In this document: piece by piece, positions 11,205-24,345 of the stretch | Layout of the letters: each line of letters begins with the position of its first letter | How positions within the stretch are numbered: the first letter of the stretch is position 1 | From: Prorocentrum cordatum | Taxonomy: Eukaryota | Length of the DNA: 64,000 bases | Direction of reading: 5' to 3' | NCBI GenBank assembly: GCA_963575745.1 | Contig: CAUYUJ010000003.1 | Coordinates: forward strand, 1,364,001 to 1,428,000 | Position numbers and translations under genes: made by a program | Notes under the pieces: generated by a model | What the model was told of the DNA's origin: nothing | Databases searched by the model: none | What the model saw: only the letters and a program-made list of their open reading frames with translations

Positions 11205-11343
11205 CAGGGCTCGAGCTAAACCGTGTTTTTCGTTTTGGCGTCGGTTTCCTTCGCTCTGTTTTCCTGTATGTCTGTGCTGCGACACGAGATCAACACGAAA
11301 ACGGCACACGAATTCGCCAAAACAATGTTTAGCTCGGGCCCTG
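11205..11343. mobile_element. hAT-type MITE, second copy
   Basis: TIRs cagggctcgagctaaac / gtttagctcgggccctg; internal similarity to 10006-10150; TSD degenerate. Confidence 0.6.
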
Positions 11344-11836
11344 GAACTAACCCAGGGAGGGAAACGATGACCCGAATTCCTCGATGCGTCGCCGAGTGGC
11401 TCCGATCGGCGAAGAATGGGCCTTTCGGGGCCGACGCTTCGTCCCCTGAGCTTATCCCCCCCTGTCGGCGCACCGTGGCCTTCGGGCCTGAGCTCGGTTC
11501 GCCGGCGGCCGCCCGGGACGACCCGGGCAACCCCCGGAATGCTCTCAGAGAGGCGCAGCTGCTGGAAAGCATCCCGAAGCTGGCAAGCCGCCGAAAACCT
11601 ACAAATTCGGAAAACCTCAACCCACCGCCAAAACACGGCTGCCCCTGAGCATGGGGAAACTTAACGGTACCGATGCCACCACCCCCCAAACCTCTCCCTG
11701 GGATGCGTTCTGACCAGCAGTTCGAGGCGAGTCCAAACGTGGCAACGAGGGCATCACGAGACCCAAGAAACGAGAAACAATATAAGAGCAGCCGCATGGT
11801 CACAGTAGGACCTGGGCCACACAAGAAACATCCTTC

Positions 11837-12037
11837 AGTCGAAAAGAAGCCATCGGAGGATGATGAGCCCCGAGGCTGACTAGAATCAGATAAAGCCTCT
11901 TCCTCCACGCAATAGTTACTATAACCGGTGTCAAATCAGGACCCTGGCTAATCAGATCCTGGTGTCGACACCCTTGAACCAGGGCGGCCGCGGAAGTGTT
12001 TGCTCATGCTTTGCCTCCGCTCGCTGACGCGGCGGAA
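11837..12037 (-). repeat. 3' LTR (alignable part) containing a spliced-leader-like 22-mer at 11973-11994
   Basis: Aligns with 24346-24543 (catcggaggatg.tgagccc.gaggctga; ctggctaatc; atcctggtgtcgac; ttgcctccgctcgctgac.cggcggaa). It lies downstream of the pol end at ~12490. Confidence 0.65.
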
Positions 12038-12484
12038 GGTCCCTTTGAAGCTGGGGGGAGGAGGACGAAGCACATCGCAACGGCAAGGATCAAGGAGTAA
12101 CTCAAGATCTAAATGTTTGTATATATATATATACATATGTATATATATATATATATATCATCTGATGTCCTGCAAGATTATGTCAGCTTGCCAAGGGGCT
12201 CGCCTAACATGAGCGCCCGCTGGTCGGCAATTCAACTCACGCAGGAATGCGCGCGTGCGCTGACCGACGCAAGAGGAAAGGAGTGCGTGCCGACGGTCAA
12301 GTTCCGAGCAAAAGCACACGTGGCCAACAAGTGGGCCACAAATGTTCATCTATTCCCGACGGGAAGCTTCAGCTACAAGATGACAGTGGCCATGTCACGT
12401 GAAAACCCGCGACTGGGAGCCTTTTTTCCTGCGCGGTCCGCAGCCCCATCGCGGGGCAGGCTCGGAACTGCGTGCGCGCCGTGC

Positions 12485-14050
12485 TAGTGCGATGTGGCAC
12501 GTACCTCCTGACATCATGTTTGAATGACTGATGGCCTGACATCACTTCTAGCATGGAAGCACAATCCGGACTTCCCTTAGTTTGTCCGACTGCTGTCATT
12601 CCACGCGTGTCACACCACGGGCACAATATACTATATTTACATCCATCAATTGACCGGTCGAAAACATATATATATATATAAATATATACGCAAGAGTCAA
12701 ATACAAGATGCAGACTTGTTTGGGGGCTTACTGGACGGGGATTAAAAGACTGACTCGGTATCGATGGCCAGGGATACATCACCCTTTATGTTGCGCATTT
12801 CGAGGCTCGTCAGAGGGCCTAGGGGGCCCCTGCATTGAGCTCATGCAGCGCGACTATCGTCGGGCAGCCGCCCTCGAGACTGCGCGCCGCAGCTAGCGCT
12901 TCCGCTAGATAACTCAATGCACCTGAAGTCGAAGCGGCTTGCAGCAAGCATCCACGAGGTGGAAAACGTCTGCGCCGTTTTGCGTGATCCAACGCGTTCG
13001 CAGGTTTGCCTCGTGGATGCCGTTCCCATTTTCTTCATCGCCCGCATCTCCCGCCAAGCGAATGTTCATGGGCTCTCTCGTTGGAATGAAACGACTGAGA
13101 CCATGAGCCACGCCTCAGCGATGAGAACACATGCCGGCGCATCCCTCAGACCAATGAACACGCCGGTCAATCTGAACGGCTTTCTTCGGGCGCCGCCCCC
13201 TGTAGCTCGGGATTCTGGATGGCTTTCATCTGTTCGACGTCCTCACGTCGGCCCACGGTGACGTCGCCGCGCTGCAGTTTGCTGCGACGCACAGCGAATT
13301 TGGCACATGCGTGCTTATCCGGATGACATGTCCCCGACGTCGCCCCCACGCATTGCACGCGCTCGTCGATTCGAGCTTCCTCGCCGGACAAGTTTACATC
13401 GTCGACGTGTTGAGCCGTAATCAAGGTCGGGCTCACTTCGAACTCTCCGTTGCATTTCGTACCTTGGAGCCCGAATCCCCCTGCGATGCCCTGGGCATGA
13501 GCGAGAAGTCGCGAGAGTCACCCTTGCTGCCCGCGCCGCGCATCAGACCCTGAAGACAAGGTCTTGCCATGTCAAAAATGGCAAAGTCTGGCGGGGTTCG
13601 GAGCGCCGATGCAGAGACATGAGGGAACGCCAAACGCACTAGACTCCCCTTTTCTCCAGGGGCTGCCGCCAGCCCATTATAAGTTTGCCTTTGAGAAAGG
13701 CATTGCCAATATCCAGGGATTCGAGTATCAGATCCTTCTTGCGCGCTGCCGCGCTGGCCCAGAGTTTTTGGCAAGCTCGTCGCGCCGTGCCCGAGAGAGC
13801 TTCGACGTCGAAGACCCCGACGCCCATGAAGACTCGCAACGAGAGCGAAGCGCACCGCGCGCCCCAATCTCGCCCTTGTCCGAATCGGCGAATTGCCACT
13901 CGCGCGCGCATTCTTATGTCGCGCGCAAAAAAACCTTGATAGCATGCAAGCTGCGTCACTCAGCGTAAAAGAAATGTGCCTGGATCCCGGCTTTCGCAAG
14001 CAAGTCTTCATTTTCGACCACAGCGAGCTTGGAAACGATGGCTGCGCACG
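12485..14050 (-). pseudogene. Copia RT and RNase H, frameshifted
   Basis: LDIGNAFLKG (13639-13959 frame), HVDD (13167-13436 frame), and WCDTRGMTAVGQTKG (RNase H 'ADxxTK' tail, 12369-12782 frame). Confidence 0.8.
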
Positions 14051-14999
14051 CCCTTGCCGCGGCTGTGTCCGCGTCTCGGAACTGATGATGTTGTTATGAT
14101 GAGTATAACCTTGGCCATGGCGGTTGTGAAACACAAGTCGAAATACCCCCCATGCCAGTCGGAACCGAGCGTCTGATTATCGTCGTACTCGCAAAGCCCG
14201 AGCCTGCTGCCGGGCCCCTGAAGCAAGTTATCTTGCTCCTAAGGCATCGTGGAAACCAGGGTGCATTCGTCGGGTGCCATCTGCGCGGGCACAGCCTATA
14301 GAGCTGGCAAGTAGTGGCTGTCCAAAGGCTCCTCGCGTTGCAGCGGTAATCCTGTCCCAAGCTCGCAGGGCCAGGTCCTCCGCGACGCGCGCGCCCAGAA
14401 CTTCCTCAGTCGCTTCCTGGATGGTGCGAAGTCGTCCTGCGCCAGTGCCAATGGCGGAACGTTCGGGGTCGCAATATGATGGTCGATATTCCTGGATGTT
14501 GCCCCACATGTTTAGGCAAGTCCGCATCAAATCCAACTGAGGGCTTGGCTTGGTTGGCCAATGGATTATCCTGTGCCGGTTGCCGCCAGTAGCCGTTGTC
14601 GCACTGTATGAGTATTCTGCTGTTGGCATGGGCGAAATGTGGAATCTGTGTTAAATCTTACAAATCTTAGCAAGGCGCACTACAACTACGTTCTCAATCC
14701 TGAAGTAGTTCCGGACAAGGTACTGCAGTGCAAGATGTGCCTTTAGGTATACTTTGGCTTCCAACAGTCATTCGCAAGTCGCCTCGCGAGTCGGGGGCGC
14801 GGCCGAACAATGGCTGGTTGCCAAGCCGCCAGACCAGCAACGAATGTGACCATTGTGCGCATGGCGGCATTGACAGATCCTGAATCACGCACCACAAGAA
14901 CTTCGATGCACAGCGTGTGCCGGACGCTGGAAGAACGCATTGCAGCTGACTTCCTACCCGCTTGTAGTATTGCTTCTCATCGGACGTGTACATTGCGCA

Positions 15000-15930
15000 G
15001 CACGAGGAACGGTCCACTACATTCTCCCCATTCCATTATCCTTGTTTGCTGCAGACTGGTGGTATTCAACTAGGTCTCCAGGTTTGTAACGATGCTGCCC
15101 AGCTTGGCGCGCGGTTGTCTTCAATGCTCGGCTGGCTTTCGCCGCTGCCGTTGCCTGCGTGGTCGCTCCTATGCTAACCTGCCGTGCCTGTTGTTCCCTG
15201 CTGTGGTCAGACGTTTCCGTCGGCGTATCATGGTCAAGAATACGAAGATCAGGTAGACAAGCGAGTTGACATCCAAGTAACGCACTGCGCGGATGCACGC
15301 CACTGAAGAATGTAGAAGCATTGTTCACAAATGAAACTTCGGCAGAGAGTCCTGTAAATTGCATTGGCATGCCCCCGTGCTTCAGGCATTCCTCCACGAC
15401 GCGCGTCGTGCCGCGTAGGAGACCAATCCAAGATACCACGGCGCTTGCGCGTTGGCGGGGAATTCGCACGCGAAGGTCAACGCCCTATTCCCCAGCATAA
15501 GTTGCGCTGCGTCGTTGTATAGGGCACCTTCCCCGTCGGAGCAAGAGGACCTCGGCTGGATTGCGCCCCCCAGCACAAGCGATGGGCATCTATGATAGCA
15601 AGCGTGGCCCCGCCAGAAATCCCCTGTCCAGCGCTCCACCTGGCGCGTCGATCACAGATGTGGAAGACGACGTGCTCTCTTGTATGGAACATGCAGTCGC
15701 ATTCCGCTTCCTCGTTGAGGCGACCTGGTACTCCCACTCAAGTCATGGCGGAGTCTCCAGGATTTCCCCACGCCCGACACTCTCTGCAGGTGACGCATAC
15801 CTCATTGATCACGATGCGCAGCCAAGTGATGTCGAGACGAACCTTCGATCGGATCAGCCTCATCTTGGGTTCCTCTGCGCGGTGCCACCAGGTGTAGTTT
15901 ACGTAACACACCTGGGGCAACTGATGGACC
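15000..15930 (-). pseudogene. Copia integrase, frameshifted
   Basis: HHCC-like WWHR...CVTCRECRAWG (15738-16073 frame) and SDGEGAL (second Asp of DDE, 15382-15639 frame). Confidence 0.7.
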
Positions 15931-17069
15931 GTGGCTCCTGAGGCTCTGTAGACTGATTTGGGGGCGTCGAGTCGAATCCAGTCTCGGAGCTGTGATGGCC
16001 CCGAGGTGCGCCCGCTTCCTCTTGGGTCGCCAGGTGGCATCGCGGCTCCCCGTGCTCTACCACGGCTGCCCATCGCCTGCTCAACTCGTTCAGAGCCGAG
16101 CCGTCTCCACGCGAACGCACAGGGTCGCGTCGCGCGGCTGGTCGTGGCGCTTGTGCTTGTGCGTCCCCGCTGCTACCGGCGCCTGAAGATGCTGGCGCTG
16201 GCGCGGGCGCTGGCACTGACGCCTCCGCAAATTGCCTTGCCGACGGCGGCGCCGGCAGGTTTGCGCCGCAGTCTGGCGGCAATTTGCGGGGCACGGAAGA
16301 CCTGCATTTCCCGAGAATAAGCAAGGGTCCTGGTACATTGTGACCGTTGTCCTTCTTGACTTTTGCACTGTCTCAAAGAATGACGGACTTGTCGCGCCAG
16401 CGGCAGGACATGGAATTTCGCGCAGGTTTAAGGTTTGGCATGACAACATTGTCCGCGCAAGCTGGGCAAACGAATCCTCTTGGTGGCGCTCTGATGATAG
16501 CGCCAGCAGCTGTTCTAGGGATCATCGGATCGTCGAGGTCGCATCAATAGTCTACATGGGGCAATGCTGGGTAGACCGGCGCGTCGCCGCGCTCTCATTC
16601 CAGCGTGGAACCATGCGCGGCATTGCCTCGCATGGGTCGCACAGCTGCTACGCACGCTGACTGCGCGCGACGGGTGCTGACCTGCGCATGGACGTGCTTT
16701 CTGTCGCAGTTAAATTTCCTGACGAGTTGCACTTAAAGATGGGATCGTTGACCACGATCCCAATCGGATTCCTCAAAAGAGCGCCGTCTGCCGTCTTGGG
16801 GCCAGCAGCGCGTTGACCCGCGATGATCTTAAGCGCTTCAGGGCGCACGGCTAACCACTTCAACCCAAAGATGGATCTGGCCCACTCAAGTGCCGGACAG
16901 CTGCTCGCCGGCAACATGTCTTCTGAGTCTACCTGGGACATGAGCCACAGTGCCAATGTGCGATACATGGCAAGTCCCCCCGATAATGTTGGAGCCAAGT
17001 GTCGCAGTTGACCCGGGCATTGGAGGACGACGGCAATCAATCCAGTAGTCCTGCAGGTCGGCCCGACAA

Positions 17070-20000
17070 AAAAAAACAATCTCAACATGGCAACTGCGTA
17101 AACGCTGCACTGCAATTCCCTCTACGTCGCAATTGTCTAGGTCAGGCCCCACCCGAAGTTAAGCCGCGCTTGAAAGCCAGCTCGGCGACGCCGCCGCCCC
17201 CGCCGGATGTCAATCCAAGGCTGCGCGGGCGCATGCGCGCAACATGTAAGCGCGCATCCTGCGCATCATCGCGCACGGGCGGGGCAAGGGACAAATATGC
17301 GGGAAGACCAGGCATGACAGCGTGCATCTTGCGGGCTCTACCCTCGACAAGTAGATTACGCATTCTCCCCCAATGCGGCCCGGCGAGCTTGCCAAGGGCG
17401 CGAGCGCACCAATCCGCGGGGGTCAATGCCCACGCGCGCACTGCGCGGACAGGGCCTCCCGATGCGCGATGCGATCGCATAAGAAGCCCCGTTGGCGGAG
17501 AATGGCGGCAGCCTCTCGCTGATGCTCGACATCGAATGCTCTAGAGTGAAATTGCGCGCGCGCGTCCGCGCCCCCTGCAGGCCCCTGCGCGAGCACGGCG
17601 GGCGCGGGCCCATCGCCGCCCCGCCTTCCCTGGCCTGTCCTTTACTGCTGCGCGGCAGCCCCCGGCATCCGGGCCGCGTCCAGCCTGAAACCGAGCGGCG
17701 TCGAGGCTACTGTCGGGGCTTCGGCGCTGGCCTCGGCGAGCGGCCGCGCGCATTCCACCCTCCGCGCGGAATGCAGAGGCGCCGGGACATGGATTTCTCC
17801 ATCTTCACGCCTATGGCACCCTTACCAAGCATAACTTGTAGGGCTCGTTTTCTGGCATGATCAGCACCTCCTTGCCGCGCTCGAGCCAGACTACGGCCTT
17901 CTTGTCTTGAGCTGCCTCGAGGCCAAGGATAGCCGGCAAAGCAATGCCACAACCATTGGCGATGTTTGCAGAGTATGCGTCCTCCTAGATAATATCCTGA
18001 CACGAGCGCGCTATCGGCAAAACACCACGGGCGTCGCACGGTGCAATCCCCTCCCTAACTCTATGGACATCGATGCGTGGACGCGCGGCCTGGGTCAATA
18101 CCTTGCCCGTCCACTCGACGGACTTGCGGTCGAGCTCCAAAGCCGCTGCATTGGCGCCCACTGCGTCTATATTGGAGCCGGAACGAATAGCAAGCTGGTC
18201 CTGACATCCGATAGCCTGGTCCTCTGGGGGTGCCTCGCCAGCGTCTGGACGTCTGCGCATTTGCAATCTCTGCGCTCGGATTCAGACATGTATATATAAC
18301 TATAAATATATACATACATACATGTCCGTACATGTTACCAAGCCGTCTCACGTGTTATGTATTCGCTGGTGAGTTCATCCCCGTGGTGGGTGGGCCCCAA
18401 GTGGGACACAAATTATGCGCCTCGTCCTCGGTGATCGGCGCACTCGCGAATGGGTCGCGCGCCCCCGCGGGCAGCGCGAACAGGGCGCGTCGTTCGCCGT
18501 CGTGGATCATCAGCGCTGTCGCCTCGCCCGACGCCTGTGCCTGACATTGCTCTGCGCGGGTCGCTCGCGGGGCGCTGCCTCAGGGCGCCTTCACCCGTGC
18601 CCGTTGCAAAGCGGCCCGCCGCGACGAGGGCGACTTGCCGCGCGCGCCCCAGGCGGCGCGGCACAGGAATCTCCATTCGTCTTGCCAAGTCCCCATCGCC
18701 TTCGCATGAAGGTCCGACGCTGCTTCACGGCGAAGCCAAATCCCCATGACTTTGCTCGCCCATGGACCATTATCCGAGAGAGGGGGTCGGCGGCAGGGGG
18801 CGAAGCCCTCGCTGATATCCATGGGCGTCGGAGGCGGACCCTGCAGCGTCAGGTAGTTCGGGTGCGCAGCGAATGCCAGGGTGAACGGGCTCGCTCGCCC
18901 ACCCCCGCGCCTCGTGACTGGGGCCCCGGCGCCCACTCCCAAATCCCAAGGGGGTTGCCATTCATGGGTGCTGCTCGCCGTCAGATGCAGCGCCTACAGT
19001 TCGTCGGCGATGCGTCGCCGCTGCTGCTCCACGAACGTCCTCTGTCATCTTACGGGCAATGTCCCTGGCAGATATGCCCAGGGCCTCTGACGGCGGCGCG
19101 CCGAACGGCGGCGTCGCCCGCGTTGCCGACTTCCTCGGTGCGCCGAGCTCCACTGGAGAATTCACGCGTTTCCAACGTGGGCCGGCGGCCGCTGGGCTTG
19201 CGCAGCGCCGCGCCTGAATGCTGCAACTGTTGCGGCTGTTGCTGTGGCCCGCGGGTCGCGTTGTAGTGGAAGATCCAGTCGGCTCCGATCTTCGAGCACA
19301 AGCGCGGCGATGTCGGCAGGCGCAGGCATAGCCCGCGATTGCTCTGACTGCCCGTCGCCAGGCCCGCGCAAGTCGCCCTGCTGCACGGCGCCCATCATGG
19401 GCGCATCTTGAGTGCGATATTGCAGATCCAATATAAAAACGCAGTCGTTGGGCGCACCCCTGGCGTCGCCGAGCGGATGCTTGGGCACCGCCCGCGCACG
19501 TGCGTCGTCGAGCTCAATCTGCGAACCGCGAGCCTTCTCATCGATCGAACTGAAGACAGGGCCATTCCAGACATTGCCCCGAAATGGGGCCAGTATGTCC
19601 CGCCAAATGTGCGATGCTGAAAAGAAACACAATGCCGCTGCGACCGTCGCACAGCAGCGAGCTGTTCTCAGATTCCCAAATGTGCACACTATTTCCCAGC
19701 ACCCTCGGAACCGATGGGAGGAGCACGCAAATCTCTGCGCCGGGGCGCATGCCGAAGCGAATGCGGGATCGAGCGGCACATGCGGACATCCATGAACGAC
19801 TTGGCGCCCGCCCCGCTTGCTGGCGCTGCGCTCTCCCCTGCATGGTTGCCCAGTATCCGAGTTGGGCAGCGGCGCCTCCCACGTCGCCCCATGCGCCAAC
19901 GCGCCCGGCAAACCTGTCGGCGCAAGCTCGCAGGCGCGCCCATCCCAGGGAAGAAATGCCGAGCGGTTGCCCGACTATGGAGCTCGGGAGGACCGCCTCC

Positions 20001-22510
20001 GTCACCACGATAGGAGAAAACAACCTGGAAGCAGAGGTTTTGTCGGCCCTTCCCGCCCACCATCTGAGCGACACGGGCCTGGATGTAGCAGCGGAACAAG
20101 ACGCCCTTGTCCATGAACACGTATTCGACCGCGCCTGTCCTCTCCCCGCTGACCCAGCCGCCTGTCGATCGCGTCGTGCATTTCCATCCGGCCATCGAAC
20201 CCGTCACGTTAAACAGCAGACTCGACAAATCGGTGGCTTAGCTGGTCTCTGCGGAAAGACTCATGCTAGCATGCTCTAGAAGACCAAATCGGATTGGCTC
20301 CTTTCGCGTTGCGCGGCGCGTTGCCCACGAGCGCGCCGAAACGTCGTTGCTCACCCGCCGTCTCCAGGAGGTTGATGGGCCTTGACGGGCGAGGGCCATG
20401 CCTGACCCCTGCAGTTCCCGCCCGCGTAGATTCTCGCAGGTCCGGCGACGCGGCGCCCGGCGCAGCGCGTCGCCATCAGAGAGACAACTGGCATCGGCAG
20501 ACGACGCACTCGCAGCCTGGCGCAGGCAGGCACCCCCGCGGGGCGCGCCGCAGCAGGGGCCCCCGCGGGCAGGCCCAGGAGCGGCCCCAGCGCGGGGTCG
20601 GCCGAACCAGCTGCCTGGCCAGGCGCAGGAGGGGCGCGCGCGAATCGCGCTCCCGCTGGCGACGCCCTGCGCGGCGGCAACTCGGATCGGCCTGCCCGCC
20701 CACTTGTGCTAAGTGGGGCCGAGAACGATATGGTGGATGATATGGTCGCTGACGCGGCTCGGCCGGCCCCGGGATCCCCCCCTTCAAAGGATCCAGGATT
20801 GGCTGTCCATCCGCAACGTTCTCCTCGATCACCTCCGAGCGCGTCGGATGCGCCTTGTCCGAGCAGCGCGAGGCGGCGCAGAATCTGGCGCGGCGCGCTG
20901 CCACCGCCATCTGTGTCTGAGGGGCGGCTGGGCGAAGACTCATGCGAAGAAGCCGGAAATGGGCTGGGGTTCGCTTTGGAGGGGCTCCCTTACTCTTGCG
21001 ACTTGTCTAAACTCGATGAGCCCTTACCCTTCTCGAGCTCGGAGATCGCCGCCGCGGCCAATTCCTCGGCTTATCGCTCTGGTGCAATCGAGCTCTCAGC
21101 TGTCGAGTGATTGCTCGGCGCTCTTCACCGTCGAGAGCCTCCGGTCATCTTTCGTCTTGCGAGGTGCCTCGCGTCGCCTGTCCTCTTCCATCCGCTGGCG
21201 CAACCTCTTGGCCATGTGATTCATCATCTCTTTCACCTGAATGTTTCTTGATGGAATATCTTCACTATGAGTAAGGGCCAAACCAACGACTCCTCCGTCG
21301 CGTCGCCGTGGCCGCTGGCCAGGAGGGGGCGGGGCCCCGCGCGCGCTCCTCGCCCGCGTCGCAGCTCCCCTGGCGGCCATGGAGGTGGCTCTCTCAAGTG
21401 CGATAGCGAGTGCAAGACGAGCGCGTTCACGGCGCCATGCGCGCGAGCTGAAACTCGCCCGCGCCTCACAGTCCGCACGCGCGCGCACTGGCCCCCTCAT
21501 GCGCGCACGCCCGCGACCGGGGTCGCGCGGCGGTCGCGTCGTGGCGCGGTGGATCTTGATCCGACGGTCGTCGGGCAGCGCTGCGTGCGTCTCGTTGGTC
21601 TGATCGGCGGCCGCTTGCAAGTGCGCCGCGACTTCGGCAACGCGAAGGGCCGGAGCATCCACCCCACCTCCATGCCCCTGGTTCCACGCGCCGGCACCCC
21701 CCTGGGACTCTTGGACTGTGGTTCACGTGAGCTTCACGCAGACAGACGCGGTAGGTTTCGGGACCCTCAATGGCAGCGCGCTCGGCGCGGCGCCTCTGTT
21801 CTGCTTCCGCCGCGCCGGCGAATGAAGCGCGGGCGAGGTCGCAGCGTTGATCCCTCCATACCTGCGACACATTACCCCACCAACGACAGTCACGGAGGCG
21901 TCGTCGTGCGCCCGCGCCGCGGGTTCGCGGCGGCTGCGCTGCGTCGCCTACCTCTCCCCCCCCCCGACCCCAGCCCGCGCGGCGCTCTGCGATGTCGCCG
22001 TCGAAGACTATTCTACAATGGGGCGGGGCGATCCCTGTGCCCTGGCTGAGACTTGCGAAGTGATGAGGCGCCTGCGGATTGCCCAATATTTGGCAGACGT
22101 TGCCGTCGCCACCAGCACGTCGTTGCCGTCTCTGCCACGCCACCGGCAAGGGGCACCGAAAGCATGTCGCCCCAGCTCGTTGCCGCGCGCAGCGCCGATT
22201 CCCTCTTGAGCGGCCGGCGCGGTCGACGCTGGAGACGACGGGAGTCGGTTGCGAATCGCCCTGCGCCACGAACTCGCCGATCTGCATCGCGTCGCCGCGC
22301 CCCATCTCGACGCCGAACTCCTGAGAAATTGCACGGAGCTTTTCGTTCAAACGCTGTCGGGGCGCGACAGCATGGTACCAGAAAATCGGGGAAAAAACCA
22401 AACGCTGTTCAACGTATCGTTGCAAGAAGAAATCAGACTTAGACGCGCTGGTTCGCTTGCTGCAAAGAAGTGGTCGTAGCCTCTGAAAATGCTGAACACG
22501 CACCGCACAA
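17070..22510 (-). mobile_element. Degenerate DIRS-like tyrosine-recombinase retrotransposon nested in the Copia element
   Basis: RT-like FILDLQY...DIAALVLE...QRD..AFRR (~19160-19600); RNase H-like LELDRKSVEWTGKVL (~18000-18200); YR tail RPCP...GLTSGGGGVAELAFKRG...RRGNCS (~17100-17500). It separates Copia gag from pol. Confidence 0.55.
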
Positions 22511-22514
22511 TCCC

Positions 22515-23830
22515 TATCCCCCCCCTTTCCCCCGGCTGCACAGCGATGCAGGAAGGTTCGGGGGCTCGCGTGCATTGCGCAACATGGGACTGCCATCCTT
22601 GCCGGTGGAAGCGCGACCTCGCGTCATACCTTCACCTCCAAAATGACATCGCGTCGCACTCGTCGCTAGATAAAGACGCCATGAACGAGGCGACGCCATT
22701 GCCGCGCACCCTTCGCTTCCCCACGTCCGTCTTCGCCCTTGCCCCGCCCTTCGGCACGCGGCGCAAGTCTGACATCTGCGCGCGAGACGCAAAGGCTTCT
22801 GCCTGACCCTCCACCCCACCTCCTCTTGGCATGGTGCGCGGCAAACTATAGGAATTCTGTCCTCTTGCGATCAGTAAGATGCGCGGGTATGTCTGGTTGA
22901 TCTTTTGACCCTGCTGCTCACGACGATTCGGCGTCGACGCGCGCACCGGAGTCGAACGACAAGGCAGGCTCAGCCAGGCCGCGTTGGCCCCAGAGGGTGG
23001 CACTCGGCAGCGCTGGGTGAGTAGCTGCTTCCCAAATCCAATCCGCGCCGCCAGCTGCCCATCTGCCAGACGCCTGGCCGGTGAGAAGGGCTGCGCCTTC
23101 AGTGGGGTTGTTTTGGCGATGTGCTATGAGGAGTAGTCGCATCGACACCGGCGCCGCTAAATACCGCATGGTCTGATTGAGAGTTGGCGCGGAGCGACGC
23201 GCTACCGCGCCCTCGCCCAAGCACCCCACCGATGTGCCCAGGAGATCGTTCCGAGAGATGGCCGAATGATAGCATTCGCTCAAATCGTGCATCATGATAT
23301 ACCTGGGCCCTGGGCATTCGGTGGCTTAGCAGCTGCACCATATGTGGCGCTCGGACGGCCCGCACTTGAAGCGCACGAAACAAGATTGCGGGCAATATCT
23401 GTAAGTTGCGAATGTCAAATACAACAGATTGGGCCTCTAACTTGGCCGTCTCAAATCTCGCCAATGTTGCCTCGATCCTTTCCAGAAAGCACACTGAAGT
23501 CAATTAGTCGTGTGCCTATGTCGAGTTGACGTTCGTTTTTTCGGTGCTCGAACTTGTCACTTAATGTATACATGATGTATGTCACTGGATCGGTTCTGGC
23601 ACTATTACTCTACACGCCGTAACTGAAAATGTACGATCGCATGCGCAATGCTATTATTCGCGCTAGTCCTGGGTGGCCTCGTTGGATGGTGACTGCTTGT
23701 TGTTGAAGTGTAGAGCGGCCGATGGTGACGTTGAGCCACGCGTGGACCTCCTGGGCATAGGTCCCCAAGGGCACGTTGCCCGCAAGTTCCCAATGAGGTT
23801 ATCTAGTATATGTAACGCGATCTGCACCGC
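22515..23830 (-). pseudogene. Copia gag with C-terminal zinc-knuckle remnant
   Basis: PHWE...YAQEVHAWL..., DPVTYIMYTLSDKF, ERIEATLARFE, GHLSERSPGHIG, DSGARVDAESS and GKDGSPM...C occur in order, directly downstream of the PBS and leader. Confidence 0.6.
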
Positions 23831-24328
23831 GCTGCATGTGCCCCACAGCAAACCCGAAGATAACCCAGCTGATGCCGAATCTGGTGATGTGAAGATCGTG
23901 ACCCAAGGTATCGGAATCCTTCGGTTGTGTTATGGTCTCTGTGGGTGGCGAGCAGCTGTTAGACATTGTAAGAGTCTTGGCTGCATGCGTCCATGCTTGG
24001 GACAGCGATCGAATGGAAAGTCGGCGTAACTGAGCCCGTTGCCAAGCTGAGTGCACGCATTGCGCGGAATGTAGCGACGTAGGGCCGTGCTGTATGCACC
24101 CACGATCGAAGTAGGTATGTCGTTGGTAGAGTGGGTTCGCGTGCTGGCATCGGCGAGTCCACTGCTGGATAACAGTCCATTGTTGAACATTGGAACCGAT
24201 GCGGGGTTCTATGTGCCAGCTTCCAAGTTCTACTCCCCGAAAGGACGTCGGCGGATGGTAGTCCAAGCTGGATATGCGTATTGCGCCGTGGAAAATTGCA
24301 AGCAATAGAGCTAATCACACAAGTGCGT

Positions 24329-24345
24329 AACCAGCTCCGCTACCA
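24329..24345 (-). promoter_or_regulatory. Primer-binding site complementary to the initiator tRNA-Met 3' end
   Basis: Minus strand TGGTAGCGGAGCTGGTT lies immediately 3' of the 5' LTR; the canonical eukaryotic iMet PBS begins TGGTAGCAGAG. Confidence 0.75.

Noticed and set aside
16600..17060. Second gag zinc knuckle implying two separate Copia elements
   Set aside because: A better knuckle remnant lies at ~22520-22610, and this segment sits where the protease is expected. No clear catalytic motif survives, so it is left unannotated.
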